A stretch of DNA of 64,000 bases, from positions 125,180,001 to 125,244,000 of the forward strand of contig NW_024704742.1 of NCBI RefSeq assembly GCF_018977255.1, given 5' to 3'. Shown in pieces: positions 49,836 through 63,591 of the stretch. This stretch comes from Callorhinchus milii. Its lineage: Eukaryota. Both the position numbers and the translations under genes were made by a program. Position 1 is the stretch's first letter; each line of letters opens with the position of its first letter. The notes under the pieces are model-generated. The model was not told the origin of the DNA. It made no database searches and was given only the letters and a program-made list of their open reading frames with translations.

Positions 49836-51602
49836 ACAACATAGCCATTTTTGAATTAGAAGTAAGGCAACTAAACCCTGTAGATTGGTGATTTTGGTGC
49901 CTGTGTATTTGCAGGCCCCTCGCGGAGAAGTTGGCACGATTTTGCCATTTTATGGTGTCTGCATCCAAGTCAAATGAATTTTTTCTAACACAGTGAAGAG
50001 ATTGAATCAGTTTTGATCATATTTATTTTCATAAAGAGTAATCAACAGCCATAATAAGTTTCCAGGAAGGCTGATAAAACCAAGGACAGGGTAAAGGGAC
50101 TCATTTAAGAAACAGCTTGATGCTGTCATGAAAAGGCAGTTGGGTATTCTGGAAGGATGGGATCAATTGGATCATAGGGCTTTCTTCATCTCTGACTTTC
50201 TTGTGATCTTGTGACATGTAGTCAATAAGGCTTTGGCTTTAACTGCTTATATCCATTAATGGATCAGTTGCATTGTTAGGGCAAGAATCCTATTTAAGAA
50301 GAAACAACCCCACTCTGAGATGTTCCTAGAAATAAGCAACATTTCCATTTGAGCATATGGTAGGTTAACCTGTGACTGAGTAAATGTTCTTCAGCAAGTG
50401 TTTCCAATAAAAGAGTGCTAATAACTAACAGTTCCTATAACATCATTAGAGTTAATTACAATGCAAATTAATTTGTACTTTAATTATACAGATTAAGATG
50501 AATGTTAACTCTAACTTTTGAATTATAGCAATAAAAGCTTTGCTTAAACATAGCAGGCTTTCCTACAATACCTGAACTCCTTTGCTCAACAGAAAGGAAT
50601 GAAAATCCTGACTGTGAACACAAAGGGTTGTGACATTACAGTGTAAGGTGATCTTTCCACAAAAGATGTGCAGTGAATTAACCAGAAAACTACTTAATCT
50701 GCTCCCTTCAGGAGAAATTCATTGCAAAAACCACAGGCAGAGCTTGAGAAAACAACAGAGAGCAGAGTGTCTCCATTCACAGTCAAACTGTCTGCTGTCA
50801 GAACCGCAATCTAAAGCTACTTTCTTTTCCACGGCTCAATTTTCCTCACAGGGGGAAAAGTGGTTCTTTGGCTAGTTTGACAGGTAGTGTTTCAGGCTAG
50901 GGAGGGAGGCTTTACTGAGGCCTAAATACAGCATGCCTTGCATTGCCCTGTGGCGCTTATCTGAAAGGAGGAAAAAAAATGAATTGTGAAGAGGGTGAGC
51001 AGAGGGTGGGAGATATGTTCATGAGAAAAATCATACTCAGGTGCAGTTACAGGATCACTTTCTTATTTTGCTGCCATTATAATGAACTGGTACAGTACCT
51101 CCTGGGTTCAATTTGAGCAGTGATGGGAAAGCAGCTGTGGTTTTATTGCCCAGTCACACTGTCACTGTTGAGTGTATACTCAGACATTGATCATTGATTA
51201 CTGGCGTCTAAATTGTCTAATTGATACTCGGCTGCCTTCAACGACTGATCTTTAATTGTGGATGCATCAAACCACCTGATATTAAACCTTAAAATAAAGG
51301 GTTTAAAGTGGATCCATAAGATCACAGGATAGGTACAGATAAAGAAGGCCCTTTAGTCCATTTGATCTCATCCTTCCGAATAAACAATGCATCCATCATC
51401 CTAGTTTCTACCATATATACTTCCTTGCGTCTGTCCTAAAATTGCCATCTACAAACTTGTTCCTTCGTCTTCTGATCCTTCTGCCTTAGTACAGATGAAA
51501 GTGCATGATCATTTCATCCAGGTGGATTGGACAATTTGATGTTGTTAGCATCACACTTTGCAATTCACAAAATTATCTCTGGAACACTGCAATGATTTCC
51601 CT

Positions 51603-52165
51603 TACAAATGACATTTGTATAGCGTCTTTTACAATGGGTGGACATCCCAAATCACTGGACAGTCAAGGAACTGCACCCGAGCTGGGGGTTGGGATCAGGA
51701 TAGAGGGCAGGGAGGATAGGAGTAGGAGGATGACCAAAGGCACGGTCGAAGAGGAGGGTCTTGAGATGTGCCTTTGTGAAGGTAAGGGAGGGAGTGAGGC
51801 GAAGGGACTGTGGGATGGTGGGGCAGGCAGGCGAGGGATATGGAGCAGGCCAGAGTCCGTCGAGTGGAGCTAGTGGACAGGCCAATAAGAGATTAGCAGG
51901 TCACAGGAGGTGTGGAGGAGCAAGGCCATGGAGGACTTTTAAAGTGAGGACGAGGATTTTGAATTCAATCCTCTGGTCAATGGGGAGCTTGTGGAGCTGG
52001 GCGAGGATAGGGTGATAGGTTCAAGTACTTGGTATGGGAGAGGATACGGGTTGCAGAGTCCTGAATAATCTGTAGCTTGTGGAGGGAAGTGTTGGGAAGC
52101 ACCAACAAGCAGGGAGTTAGTGTAATCGAACCTGAATGTGATGAATGCGTAGATGAGGATTCCAT
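51603..52165 (-). mobile_element. Degraded L2 3' fragment
   Basis: LHKLQIIQDSATRILS and FTKAHLKTLLFDRAF on the minus strand. Confidence 0.88.
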
Positions 52166-52464
52166 TACTTTTACCTCCTGTTCATGTTGCTAATTCAACT
52201 GAGCAAGGTGATCCTACTGGTGATATCCTTCCTCCTGTGCCACACACAGTGGCCATTCTTCAAGAAAGAGCCTAGATAATGAGGGTTGGCAAATTATTGA
52301 ACTCAACAAACTTCAACACGTTCTCACTTCATGCCTACTTTCTGTGAGGCAGTGGGGGTAGGGGGGCACTGCGTTGTAACGGCAATCAAATTGCTGAGTT
52401 ATATTTCGGAATCAGTTCATTTCAGATTCCCACTGCTTCAGATCCACTGCAAGCAAAATAAATT

Positions 52465-52875
52465 AATAATCCTTGCTTTTCTTGCTTTTGATATAGCATT
52501 GAGAAGTTTTATTGGGATTCGTGAGATTTATTGTGAAGTGAGATAATTATGTATTTGCAGGCATACGCTACAATTTACACACAGGAATGTCCCACAAACA
52601 GCCATAAATTGAATGACTAATTTTAATTTGTGGCGGGTGAGGGGGTGGTGTCTGTTAGTCAGGACATGGGGAAAATCTTCTCTTTTTGAAAAATGCCATG
52701 GGATCTTTAATAGGCAGATGTTGACCTTGGTTTAAAATTTCCTCCGGATGATACCTCTCTCCCTTAGCATTGCACAGGAGTATTAGACTAGATTGTGATC
52801 TCAAAGTCCCGATGTGGGACTTGAACCCACAACCGTCTGACTCAGAGATGTGACTGATTTCAACTGAGCCAGAAT
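52465..52875 (-). mobile_element. Deu-domain SINE
   Basis: Tail, gccatgggatctttaa and head cttgaacccacaaccgtctgactcagag. Confidence 0.8.
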
Positions 52876-54234
52876 AACACCTATATAGTGTGATGATGCC
52901 CCTTGTGATGCCATTGCACATGTGATATGTTCATTGGAAAGTCACCCGTTGGATTTATTTTTAAGCAATAGTCATCAACATTTGACTATTGTAATGACTA
53001 ATAACCTCTTCGGATAAATCGAGGTACTACCTTGGTCAACAATGGAAACAATAACAAAAATATATATTTTTTAAAAATAAATAAACAAACAAACAAACAA
53101 CAAAAACCCAATAATGAATAAATCCACAGCATAATGATCAGCCATTCACTGTTTGTTTATACCTGCCACGATGATGGGGAACAGAAAGTGGCTCAAGCCA
53201 AGCACATTCAGGCTTTGGCTTCAGAATTAACACAAAGTCAAGTTCCAGCCAGCCACATGCTGTTAGGATGCATCGTGTTTCTTTTTCCCTATAGGGCAAC
53301 CTGTCATTTTGCTGCCGTGACTGCAGCTTACAGTTTGATGGATGGCTTGACGTTACATGCAATTGGTTATTCATGTTGTCAATCACAGCGCTCCCATTAA
53401 TTTTACATGATTCTTGAGAAAGGTCAGATGTGTCAGGGAGATCAGCAGCAATAGACTGAATGGTTTCAGCTCTCATCAGAGGCGGGACTGGTCCCCACAG
53501 GCCAGATTTTATGGGTTTGGAACCAAATCATCTTCTGTTCAGCCTCTTTTGCCAAACTGACTGCAAGGCCATGAGTCACACACATAATGTTGTGAAGTAG
53601 AATGCTGAGAATTAAAACAATCAGAATTGTTTGTCATCCTGTTATGGTATTTACAGCAAGGACAACTTTCATTTATTTAGAGCCCTTCACATAGGATAGA
53701 TTCTCAGACTGGCATATTTAGTCAATCTAGTGTAGATACCTAAATTTAGGTGGTGAAGGTTTACATGTTTGGGGCCCAAAATGGCTGTCACCGCACTGTG
53801 TACCTTTTTCACACCAAAACATCTCAAAATGCTTCTCTACAGGTAATTAATGCCAGGCATAGTGACTATTTTGTAGGCAATTCTGGCAGACACTTTGAAC
53901 CAACCAAATCTCATAAATGGCCAGCAGGAGAATTGCCGATTAATCTGAAAGATGTTTAAAAACTAAGTGATTGTGTAATGTGAAAATCTTTATTCTGACC
54001 ACAGTGGTCACCGATTATTTATGTCTTTGCCAGATCTTGGCTTAAAAATTAGGTGAGAAGTAAAATATCAAAGTTAAATAGCCATTCTTGGAGCTGTCAC
54101 TCAAAATCGTGGACCCTTAATAAATAACAAAAACATGGCTGGCAAATTGGTTGTGAGAAGCTTGAAAAAGAAACCATTGTCCTGACATCAAGGAGCGTCA
54201 GTCTTAAACCTGGCATTAAGACCAGTTGTTAAGA

Positions 54235-54520
54235 GCATAAGACGTAGGAGCAGCAGTAGGCCATTCAGCCCCTTGAGCCTGCCCCGCCATTTAATAAGAT
54301 CATGGCTGATCTTCTAACCTCTGTTTTAAGTCCCTCTGGCTTGCTCCTTCCCTTCCCTCTTTCAAGCTATGTCTTAAAACCTACCACTTTGAAAGCACAT
54401 TCGATCATCGTTTTCCTCCTCACCCATCGTCAGCTCCGGTGCCCAGCCAGAATTGTCAAGTGCTTTGGGACATCATTCAGATGTGAAAGGTGCTATACAA
54501 GTGTAAAATTGTATTGTATT
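54235..54520. mobile_element. CR1 3' tail (54235-54321 -) abutting an L2 3' end (~54322-54520 +)
   Basis: taggagcagcagtaggccattcagccccttgagcctgccccgcc; then tgctttgggacatcattcagatgtgaaaggtgctatac. Confidence 0.78.
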
Positions 54521-55173
54521 AAGAACATAATTTTAACTGTGGTTATTTTTTCTTGATATTTTATGGTCATTTTTAATTTTCACCAGTGATAATTAAGAAA
54601 CAGAATGCACCCAGGAATTCTGCAATTTTGGCTACAATGTCGTGAAATTTACAATAATGATTCCATTTAAGTACTTTTCACATCAGTAGGTGTACAAATT
54701 TAAAATTGTACAATCTTTTTCAAAAGTTCTGAAATTTGGAAGCCAGCTTCTGCATTTTTCTGATCTCTGTACATTCTTTCTCTTTTTAACAACAATGTAA
54801 AGCCTGATATTTTCTCACCTTAATACCATCACCTTAAGATTCACAATTATGTATAATGTGAGAATATTCCTAAATTCATTCTTAATTTTTTTTCTGACAC
54901 TCTTAAATATAAGAACCACAGAACCAAGTATTAAGGCCAAAGGCTGGTATCAATGGTAAACAAGGCGTATTGTTTAGCATCTTATGTTACATATCAACAA
55001 TATGTAACAAAATACCTCCCAAATGCATTCTAACGGCAACTAACTGTTTGTAATCAATGTCCAATGTATTCAGAGTAAACTTTGAAAGCATGAATCCTGC
55101 AGTTGTTAGCGGTTTAATAGACAAATTAGGTTGAGCAAACTGAATTCCATTCCATCTAAATCTGAAAATCATT

Positions 55174-55345
55174 CAGGAAGAAATTGCACCTAGGTCTAGA
55201 TTTATTCTATTTATGTGGCATTTCAGAGTATTCAGAATTTAGTTCTTTAAGAAATGAAGACTGAATTCAACAATTTGCCAAATTCTCGACACCATGAAAT
55301 GCTGAGATAATAGAATATATTTAGAACCAGGTGGAATTTCTCCTG
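55174..55345. mobile_element. MITE-like element with ~65-bp imperfect terminal inverted repeats
   Basis: Left caggaagaaattgcacctaggtctagatttattctattt versus reverse complement of right end caggagaaattccacctggttctaaatatattctatt. Confidence 0.7.
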
Positions 55346-56244
55346 CTTTAAAATGTATGAAAACAATTGTACTATTTTACATCAACTATAAAGCATGCAT
55401 TTCAGCTGATATTTCAGCTGTAATAAAGGTCACCAGTTCAAAAAATATTACAGCAGCCAGGCTGATATAGATGGTGTGCAGGTCTGCTCGTACTACTATT
55501 TTGATGCTATTCATTACCATTAAGGACAAATGCAAATCAGCACCGTTGCTCTCACAGAGGGTCACGTCAAATAACGTTGAGCACGGGTAGGATGCATCCG
55601 TGCAATTTCTTTGTCTTTGTGCTGTTTGAAGGACAAAGTGAGCTCTGCTTGTGGACAAGCAGCAGGCTGACACTGCTGGCAACACACTGGTGTTCACAGT
55701 AGTCTCTCCAATCCAGCCTTAAGCAAGCATGGCTTTGATCCTCAAAGCACAATCTTCAGCACAAATTCCTTGCATTGTGCACCTCCCTGTGATATGCCAA
55801 TTATTGGCACCTAAAATGAAATAAGTTGCTAGAGATATTTTTCAGCAATGAATTAGAAAATGTAGATTTACTGGCAGTCCAATATAATTTTGCCTCTCCA
55901 CCTTCCTCATTCTTTATTGTTTTCATATCATTCTCTCAATTTTGAAAAAAACTGATATAATCTAAGAAGATTACATTATTTACGTTGCAGTTTGTGCCTG
56001 TGCATGTAATGGAGATGACACGGTTTCATAATTTATGAGATAAATGCAAGATAGACACATGACAACAGCACGGACGAAGGGTGGAAAGATTTTAAAGTGA
56101 TAGCAAGCAACAAATTCTTCTTTCGAACAAAGCAAAATTATTGTAAGCCATTTTCAGCTCAGCCATAACCACAGATCTGTGTGCTATTTAAACCCAGCCC
56201 CAAAATGGACCACATTCAATGATCTGATTCAAATCAAATATTGT

Positions 56245-56690
56245 TCGGAACATAGGAAAAAAGCTACAGGAGGAGGCCACTCGGCCTTCCTAAACTGTTT
56301 CAGCAGTTTATTAGGCTTTGACAGATCCCCCGCCCTTTGGCCATACCCCTTAATATCTCTATTAACCAGGTATCTGTATCAATCTTTCTTTTAATTATCC
56401 CTATTGATTCTGCTTCTACAGCTTTCTGGGGCGCAGTATTGTACATCAAAGTATCTCATTGACCACTCTTTCAGTGATCTTTCCCCACCCACCGAGCTCC
56501 CACCCACAGCTCGAATGCCCATCCAGCATTCTTAAGCACTTTGAGATGTCCTCTCAACATGAAAGGTGCTTCATAAAGGAAAACTTTATTATTGTATTGT
56601 ATCTTCACAACCCGATGCATTAAGAAATACTTGTTGATTTCACCACTGGTTCTGATTTTAAGGCTACATCCCATCAGTTGAGAAAAGTTT
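56245..56690. mobile_element. Old CR1 fragment (-) with an inserted L2 tail (56478-56600 +)
   Basis: ggaacataggaaaaaagctacaggaggaggccactcggcc; L2 stem-loop tail. Confidence 0.65.
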
Positions 56691-57310
56691 TGTCATGGCC
56701 AGGAACCAGTAAGTCTGAACATATTCTTTCAGCCTCTGTGTTACTTGTCTTCATTATCCTTTCATTTATGTGACTTGTATTGAGCTCAGCTCACTCACTA
56801 CATGACAGTATGAAATGTCAAAATCTAACTTGGTTTTTACTCTGCGATAAACTGCACACTGTGTGACAACATAAAGTGGGTAACTCAGAGCTAAGGCAGT
56901 AAATCAAGCATTTGATTCTGCTGTTTATAAACTACCTAAGCTTTGTTTTCCTGGCCCATTACGTCACTGGAACCATTCGATTCAGTTACTGCTGCTATCT
57001 CACAGGCTGAGATTTGTTCAATGTTTTTCTCCTGGTTTTATCCCACAACACTAGTTTATTTTAGGATACAGTTTCAGGAGCACCAGCAACACTCCAGTAA
57101 CTCGCCCAAATGGCCTTTTATCATGTGCAAGTCCAGACTCTATGGACTGGCATGCACACATTGAAAAGTCCTCCCGAAGTGAAAGGCGCTATATAAATGT
57201 AAATTGTATTATTATAATTGTAAATTATATCATGCACATGCTGCTTCAGAAATCACTGCCTAGCGGTAAGCTTTAGCCTTGTCTTAGAATTAATAAGCCG
57301 ATAAAGAACT

Positions 57311-57560
57311 ACAACAACAACTTGCATTTATACAGCACCCTTCACAAAGTGTAATATCTCAGAGGTCTTCATGGAAATGGAGTTTTGGAACACCGAGGTA
57401 GGGGAGGGGAAAAATGGAGGTATCCATAGACGTGTTCAAACAGGTAGGATTTGAAGTGGGACTCGCTGAGAGAATGGGGTCGAGCAGAGGAGTATGGTAG
57501 GAGTAGATCAGAACGATAATGGGGTGCCAGAGATTTGTAAGTGAGGAACTTGAAATTGAA
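57311..57560 (-). mobile_element. Old L2 3' fragment
   Basis: acaacaacaacttgcatttatacagcacccttcac tail. Confidence 0.65.
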
Positions 57561-58133
57561 CTACAGACAACCAGCTTCCAAATTATAACTTAATTTAAGA
57601 ATTTATTCAAAATTCAGCACAAGCACACATTCAATGACAGTTTCTCAAAGGCTTGAAACTCCCTGCAATCTAAACCTTCAGACCATGGCCTCAAACTGTA
57701 AGAATACATAGAAATTTTGAAAATCAGTCTTAAAATCCATCTGTTTTGTCAAAGTTTTTTTAAACCCCCCCCAAAATTATGGGAAATCAGTTTCTATACT
57801 AGGGATGAAGTTGAGACAATTTTCCCAAATTTCACACAATTTTAAATTTCAATATACAAGTGGTTCGAAGGATTAGGCTACATGGAATTTTGAGCTACTG
57901 CAGTGGTAACATTGATTATCTTACCCCTCCCACTTAATTAAAGGTTTCTGATTGACATAAACAGTGATTGAACTTACACCTTTTTTGTTCTGTATTATTG
58001 AATACTATACCAAAATGTGTACCTAGCTATCGAACCATTAGGGAATCTCTGGCTAACAGGTTTCATGGTACATACATACTTTATGCCTGTGAATAAAGAC
58101 TGCAGTAACAGGGCTTTTCAATGCCTGAAATTT

Positions 58134-58425
58134 GAACAATAACAACAACTTGGATTTATATAGCGCCCTCCACCCCGGACGGCGTCTCAGAGCACTTTAC
58201 AGTAAAATATCCCGGCGCCGAGCCAGGGGGATGGGGATGAAGGTGACCAGAGGCGCGGTCGAAGAGAAAGGTCTTCAGCAGAGACCTGAAAATAGGAAGA
58301 GAGGGAGCGAGGCAAAGGGAGTAAGGAAGGGAATTCCAGAGCTTCGGGGCATAGTGGCTGAAGGTACGGCCGCCGAGGGTGGAGTGGAGGACTCGGGGGA
58401 CGAGGAGGAGACCAGACCTGGAGGA
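58134..58425 (-). mobile_element. L2 3' fragment
   Basis: ORF 58156-58476 SGLLLVPRV...YAPKLWNSLP...LKTFLFDRA; tail. Confidence 0.9.
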
Positions 58426-59609
58426 TTTGAACTCCTTTCCACACAAACGCTGCCCTTTCTTAAGCTCTCCTGTCATTTAAACTCTCAGACAAACTCCAAT
58501 ACTTGGCTGCAAATAAACAGAAATAGTAGCCATTGATTAATAATAAAACAATAATAATCCTTGCATTTTATAGAACATCTTTGATCCTGGCAGGACACAT
58601 CCTGGTTGAGTCTTTTTTTAGTTTCCTGTTGACAACAGGATGTTTAAATATTTAAGATGATAAAACCTCAATTTTGATGAATACACGTAAAGCTCTTTAT
58701 AACATGCTAGTCAGGGTCTAAAAATTCACATCAGAATTTAGTACAAAAAGGCAGACTTCAAGTCATCAGGTTGCCACTGATGTCACTTTCTGCACATTGA
58801 GCACAGGTACACATTGGAGCATCAGCCTACCCTTTGGCATACACCTGATGAGGGGCTTGAACCCACGACCTTCAGAACCGAGAACCTTCTAACCCAGAAC
58901 CTGGAGGGCTACCAACCGAGCCAAGCTGAGCAGATGGCGGAGAACCCGTAGGATGGCATGAACTTTTAGAAATCATTGCATATTAGACCCTTTGTGTGTA
59001 TTTGATAACAACAAGCTAGCAGTGAGACAAAGGGCAGTAGTTAAATTGAGGAGCTCCAATGATATCATGAACTGTAAGAATGAGACTGGGGATTAATTTA
59101 TAGTCCTTTGTATGCCCTTTGTGTCTCCTTTGTGTCTCTGTCAGCTGTTATTTTGCCTGCAAACCAGGTAGCATTCATATTAGTGAGTGAATTGTTTGAT
59201 TGTTGGCTGCTGTTTGCATGGCAATATTGGTCTTAGGAGAATGAAGTTCAGAATTGTATAATGGTAAAGCAGATATGATAGACATAGGGGACTAGACTCT
59301 GTGCTATATGATATGTCCTATAAGTGCCTTCCAGTTGTTTTTTAATCTAGAAGCAACAATAAATATTTTAATATGTAGCTCAGGACAATTGTGTTGTAGA
59401 TTACAGACTGGACTTGGACTCTTCCTGTTTGGTAGAATAATGATTAATTCCCAGTAAATTTGCAGCAATGACATTAGAAATATTTCTACTATTCTCCTGT
59501 TGAGGTCACATTGGCATGCTCTCCACTGCCTTTGGCCCTCACCAACTGGCAAAAGGGTAAAGCAGAGATAATTAAAAGATTAAATTGAATCCTCAGTCAA
59601 CCTTGCTAT

Positions 59610-60468
59610 CATAATATAATAATCGTTTCATTTCATATAGCAATTTATATAATGCAATTTATATTTATATAGTGCCTTTCACGTCTGGAGGACGTCACAA
59701 AGCACTTATCAAAACTTTGTTATGTCTTTGAGACATCCCCCAACACTAGCTGGATTTTTGTTATTAAAAAATATCCTTACATTTGACATAGAGCCTTCCA
59801 CAGCAGGAAGAAGTCTCAAAGTGCTTCACAAGATATACATTAAACCCTAGTGAAGGCAAATGCGGCAGGCAGTGTGCACACAGCAATATCCCATAAACAG
59901 CCAAGAAGTGAATGATTAATCTTATCTGGAGGACTATAAATAATAATAATCCTTGCATTTGATATAGCTCCTTATCACATCTTGAAGACATCTCAAAGCA
60001 CTTCACAGAATAATAATAATAATAATAATCCTTGCATTTGATATAGCGCTTTTCACGTCGGGAGGACGTCCCAAAGCGCTTCACAGAATATACTGTAAAG
60101 TGAATTGACTGTATATTTTGTGGGCAAAACGCGATAGCCAATTGCGCACAGCAGTGTCCTACAAACAGTCATGGACTGAAGTGACCATTTTTTTTTGAAA
60201 GAATTATTTAGTGGTCTTAATGGATTAATGGTTAGGATACCAGGAGAAACGCCTTTCTCTTTTCTTATAGAGCCTGTTCACCTGAATTACAGATGGGACA
60301 TTGGATTTGCGTCTCATCTGAAAGATGGCACCTTCAGATAAGAACTTTGCAGCGCTCATTAAAATGCTATATTGAAATATCAGACTAGACTGCGAGCTGA
60401 AAGTCCCAACATGAAGCTTGAATCCATAACCTTCTGACTTGGAGGCAAAAGTTTTATGAATTGAACCA
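59610..60468 (-). mobile_element. Stack of co-oriented L2/SINE tails, a young SINE 3' half (60011-60200) and a Deu-SINE 5' half (60225-60468)
   Basis: At least five terminal motifs in ~600 bp; 60011-60170 is near-identical to 13895-14050. Confidence 0.85.
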
Positions 60469-61554
60469 TTGTGATTATAAAAAAATCGGGAGAGATATCT
60501 AGTGCAGATTATTTGCTGCACTTGTATGACTAGCAACATTCTACACCAAATAAAAAATATTTATTTATTTTCCATTATCTCTTTTTCCATCTAAAACATA
60601 AATTTTGATCCCATTTGCCTTTAGAAAGGATTTTGCTCTACTCTCTCCTCCCCCCAAAAAAGTATTATTTCAAATAAAGTAGCATTTTTCTCCTGATTAT
60701 CTTAGTTTATATTCTCTCCCTATCCAAATTAATGCTTCCTAGATTTAACACTCAGCTCCCATCTGCCTATTCAGGTAGATGTTAAAGATCCCATAGATCT
60801 ATTCAAAAGGAGAAGGGAGTTTCTCCCAGTGTCCTGGCCAACAATGCCCTAGAGAGAAAAAATGGTCATTCTCTTCATGGCTGTTTGTCTGGCAGTGCTA
60901 TTTGCAAGTGAATTAAAATTCTTAATTAATTGGACATTCATTTCAGTGTTGTTTGCAGGACATTAATGGGGCAAATTAGCTATGTTTGTTCTTATAGCAA
61001 ATTTGCTTTATTTCCACTTGATCTCATTCTGTAAGGTGCCACAGAAAGGAAGTTGTTGCTGACAGTCTTCTGTGCAAAACCTAGGAGTTACAGCATCTTA
61101 AAATACAGCTATTGACTGCTGTCATAAAACATGTCCTTGACTTCCTTACCCCACACACATTGCAGTTGTTCAAGGTTAAAACATGAGCACAAAGAAACTT
61201 ATAAAATGTTCAGCAGACATTATATTTGCCAGAGTTTAATTTCAAGGTTCCGTTTCTGTCCATAAACCACTTCACCCTCATAGTCCATGATATCTTCAGA
61301 AGCCTTTGATTAAATGATGTGCTTGAACTCGGTCCTTACTATCCATTACTGATGGTACCAAAATTGTATTGTTTGTATCCAGCCTTTTCTGGTCCAATGC
61401 TCTCTACTAAAAGCCGTTCACTCTCACTCAATTAGTTTCATAGGCATCAGCTGCCCTCTGGCTCAAGTGACCATTCCTCGTACGCGATTCCAGAGAGTAA
61501 AGGCCTAATCTCTCTGGTTGGTTCCCCCAAAATGATCATTCACTTCATGGCTGT

Positions 61555-61593
61555 GTCGATGCACTTTGTAGGAGTCGATGCACTTTGTAGGAG
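61555..61593 (+). repeat. 19-bp tandem duplication
   Basis: gtcgatgcactttgtagga occurs twice in tandem. Confidence 0.9.
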
Positions 61594-62179
61594 ATGTACA
61601 GTAGATATAAAAGGATCCTGGGAACAGAACCAGGATATGAGTTGTGAATAATGGAATTACTTAATACAGTAGATCTTGTGACAGCTTGGGTATTCCTATC
61701 AATGTGAAAGGCACTTTAGCAAGTGCAAGGATTATTATTGACGATTATTATTTATTTTATTTGTTTATTTATTATTACATCGACCAACCTTTTGTGTGAA
61801 CACATCTTTGGCAGGGCCAGCTCATCATCAAGTGTCCTGAGAAGATGGTGACGGTGAGGTGAGGCTATCTCTTTAAAATGCAGCTGTCTTACTTCTGAGA
61901 CACTATGCCATGTGAGGGGCGCTATATAAATGTAACTGGTTGTTGTTGATGTCCTTATGGTGCTCAACAATAGTGTTGGATAAGGAGTTTCAGGATTTTG
62001 ACCCAGTTTGTTGGGTGTGGATAAAATGAGATTTTGCATCACTGGGGTTGGTAAATCTAAAATTTTGAATAAGAGCTGAGCTGGTTATCTGACAATGTGA
62101 AGCATTACCTCTGTAATGATTCTCAATCCAAAACACTGATGTATTAAGCAATTCCATTATCCACAACTCACACACTAAT

Positions 62180-62362
62180 TCCCTTCCCGGTAAAAATAAT
62201 ACTAATAATAAATTGGTCACTTCAATCCACGACTGTTTGTGGGATACTGCAGTCCACAATTGGCTGCTGTGTTTCGCCCACAAAATATACAGTCAATTCA
62301 CTTTACAGAATATTCGAAGACATGATAAGGTGCTGCATCAAATGCAAGGATTAATTATTATT
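62180..62362 (+). mobile_element. SINE 3' half
   Basis: aattggtcacttcaatccacgactgtttgtggga...catcaaatgcaaggattaattattatt. Confidence 0.85.
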
Positions 62363-63591
62363 ACTTCCTGCTTGGATTTCATTGGCTCTTTCTTGTTTGC
62401 CTTTTACTTTTTAAAGGGACATTCTACAACCTCCAAGGCTGTTGCTGTCCTCACCTGACACACATCTGGAATTTATCAGCAAAGGTTATTGGATAGTTAT
62501 AGCAACCTATTCAGTCCAATTTATCTGCCTATTCCCCATACACCTGCAAATTATTCCTACATCTTTCTATGAATGGTTCAAATTCAAATTTTTTGATCAG
62601 TGAAAGACTGAACAGGGGACTTTAAAACTACCATTGGATTGTTGTAATTACAGGAAAGGCTTGTGCCACAGACATATTCCACAAGATGTTGAATAATAAT
62701 CCTTGCACTTGATATTGAGCCTTTCTTGTCCGGAAATGTCTCAAAGCCCTCAGCGGGATATTTTGTGAATTGTAATGAGTGTGTATTTTGTTGGCAAACC
62801 CAGCAGCCAATTTGAGCACAGCAATGTCTCACAATCAACATTTTCAACACTTAAAATCCTTATGACTTTTAAGTTGGTGAAAATATTTTTGGGGGCAAAA
62901 TGCATGACACTAGTGTAGCTGATATCTGATATTCTGTGTAAACACATACTGCATAAGAGTATGTGACAGCATGGAATGTGGGAAGATCATTCGCACCAGT
63001 GCAGATCATTCTTCTGACAGACCATGTACAATTTGTATTGTCATGGCGCTTCCTAACTCACTGTCCTGGGAGGATAGAAAAACCACAGGTAAAACAGCCG
63101 AGAGAAAAAAAACTGTGAAATTTCTCCAGAGATCGCTCTCTGTATTAAACCAGTGAGGCAAACCAAGTACAGTTCAGCTGTTGATAAAATTCTTCAGAAA
63201 GAATTTTAAAAGACCTTTTGAAAGTGATTACATTTCACGGGATGGGTGTAACCTTGTGCTTTGCAAAATAATATTAATGATTTGAGGTATTCCTTCATAG
63301 GATTCCTTAATATGAAACCCAGGCTGAACAATTTGGGGAGACCTTCCAATAACAGAAAATATTCCAACTCACAGAATTCCACTAGAACCAGAACCAGATG
63401 TAACTTAACATTAAAAAATCTGGTTAGGAAATATGGCAAACTCGTACCCCTCAGATAAAAAATTGGAAGCAATGGTTATAGTGGCACATGGGGAAATTGT
63501 TTCCACCAGAAAGAAATACATGAAAACCAGGCCTGACTTTGTTCCCATCGTTTGCATTCTTTAATCCCTTCCCCTAAGCCCTTTCCTCTTA

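Noticed and set aside
59610..60200. CRISPR-like repeat-spacer array
   Set aside because: The repeats are diverged retroposon tails with irregular spacing in a eukaryotic context, with no cas genes
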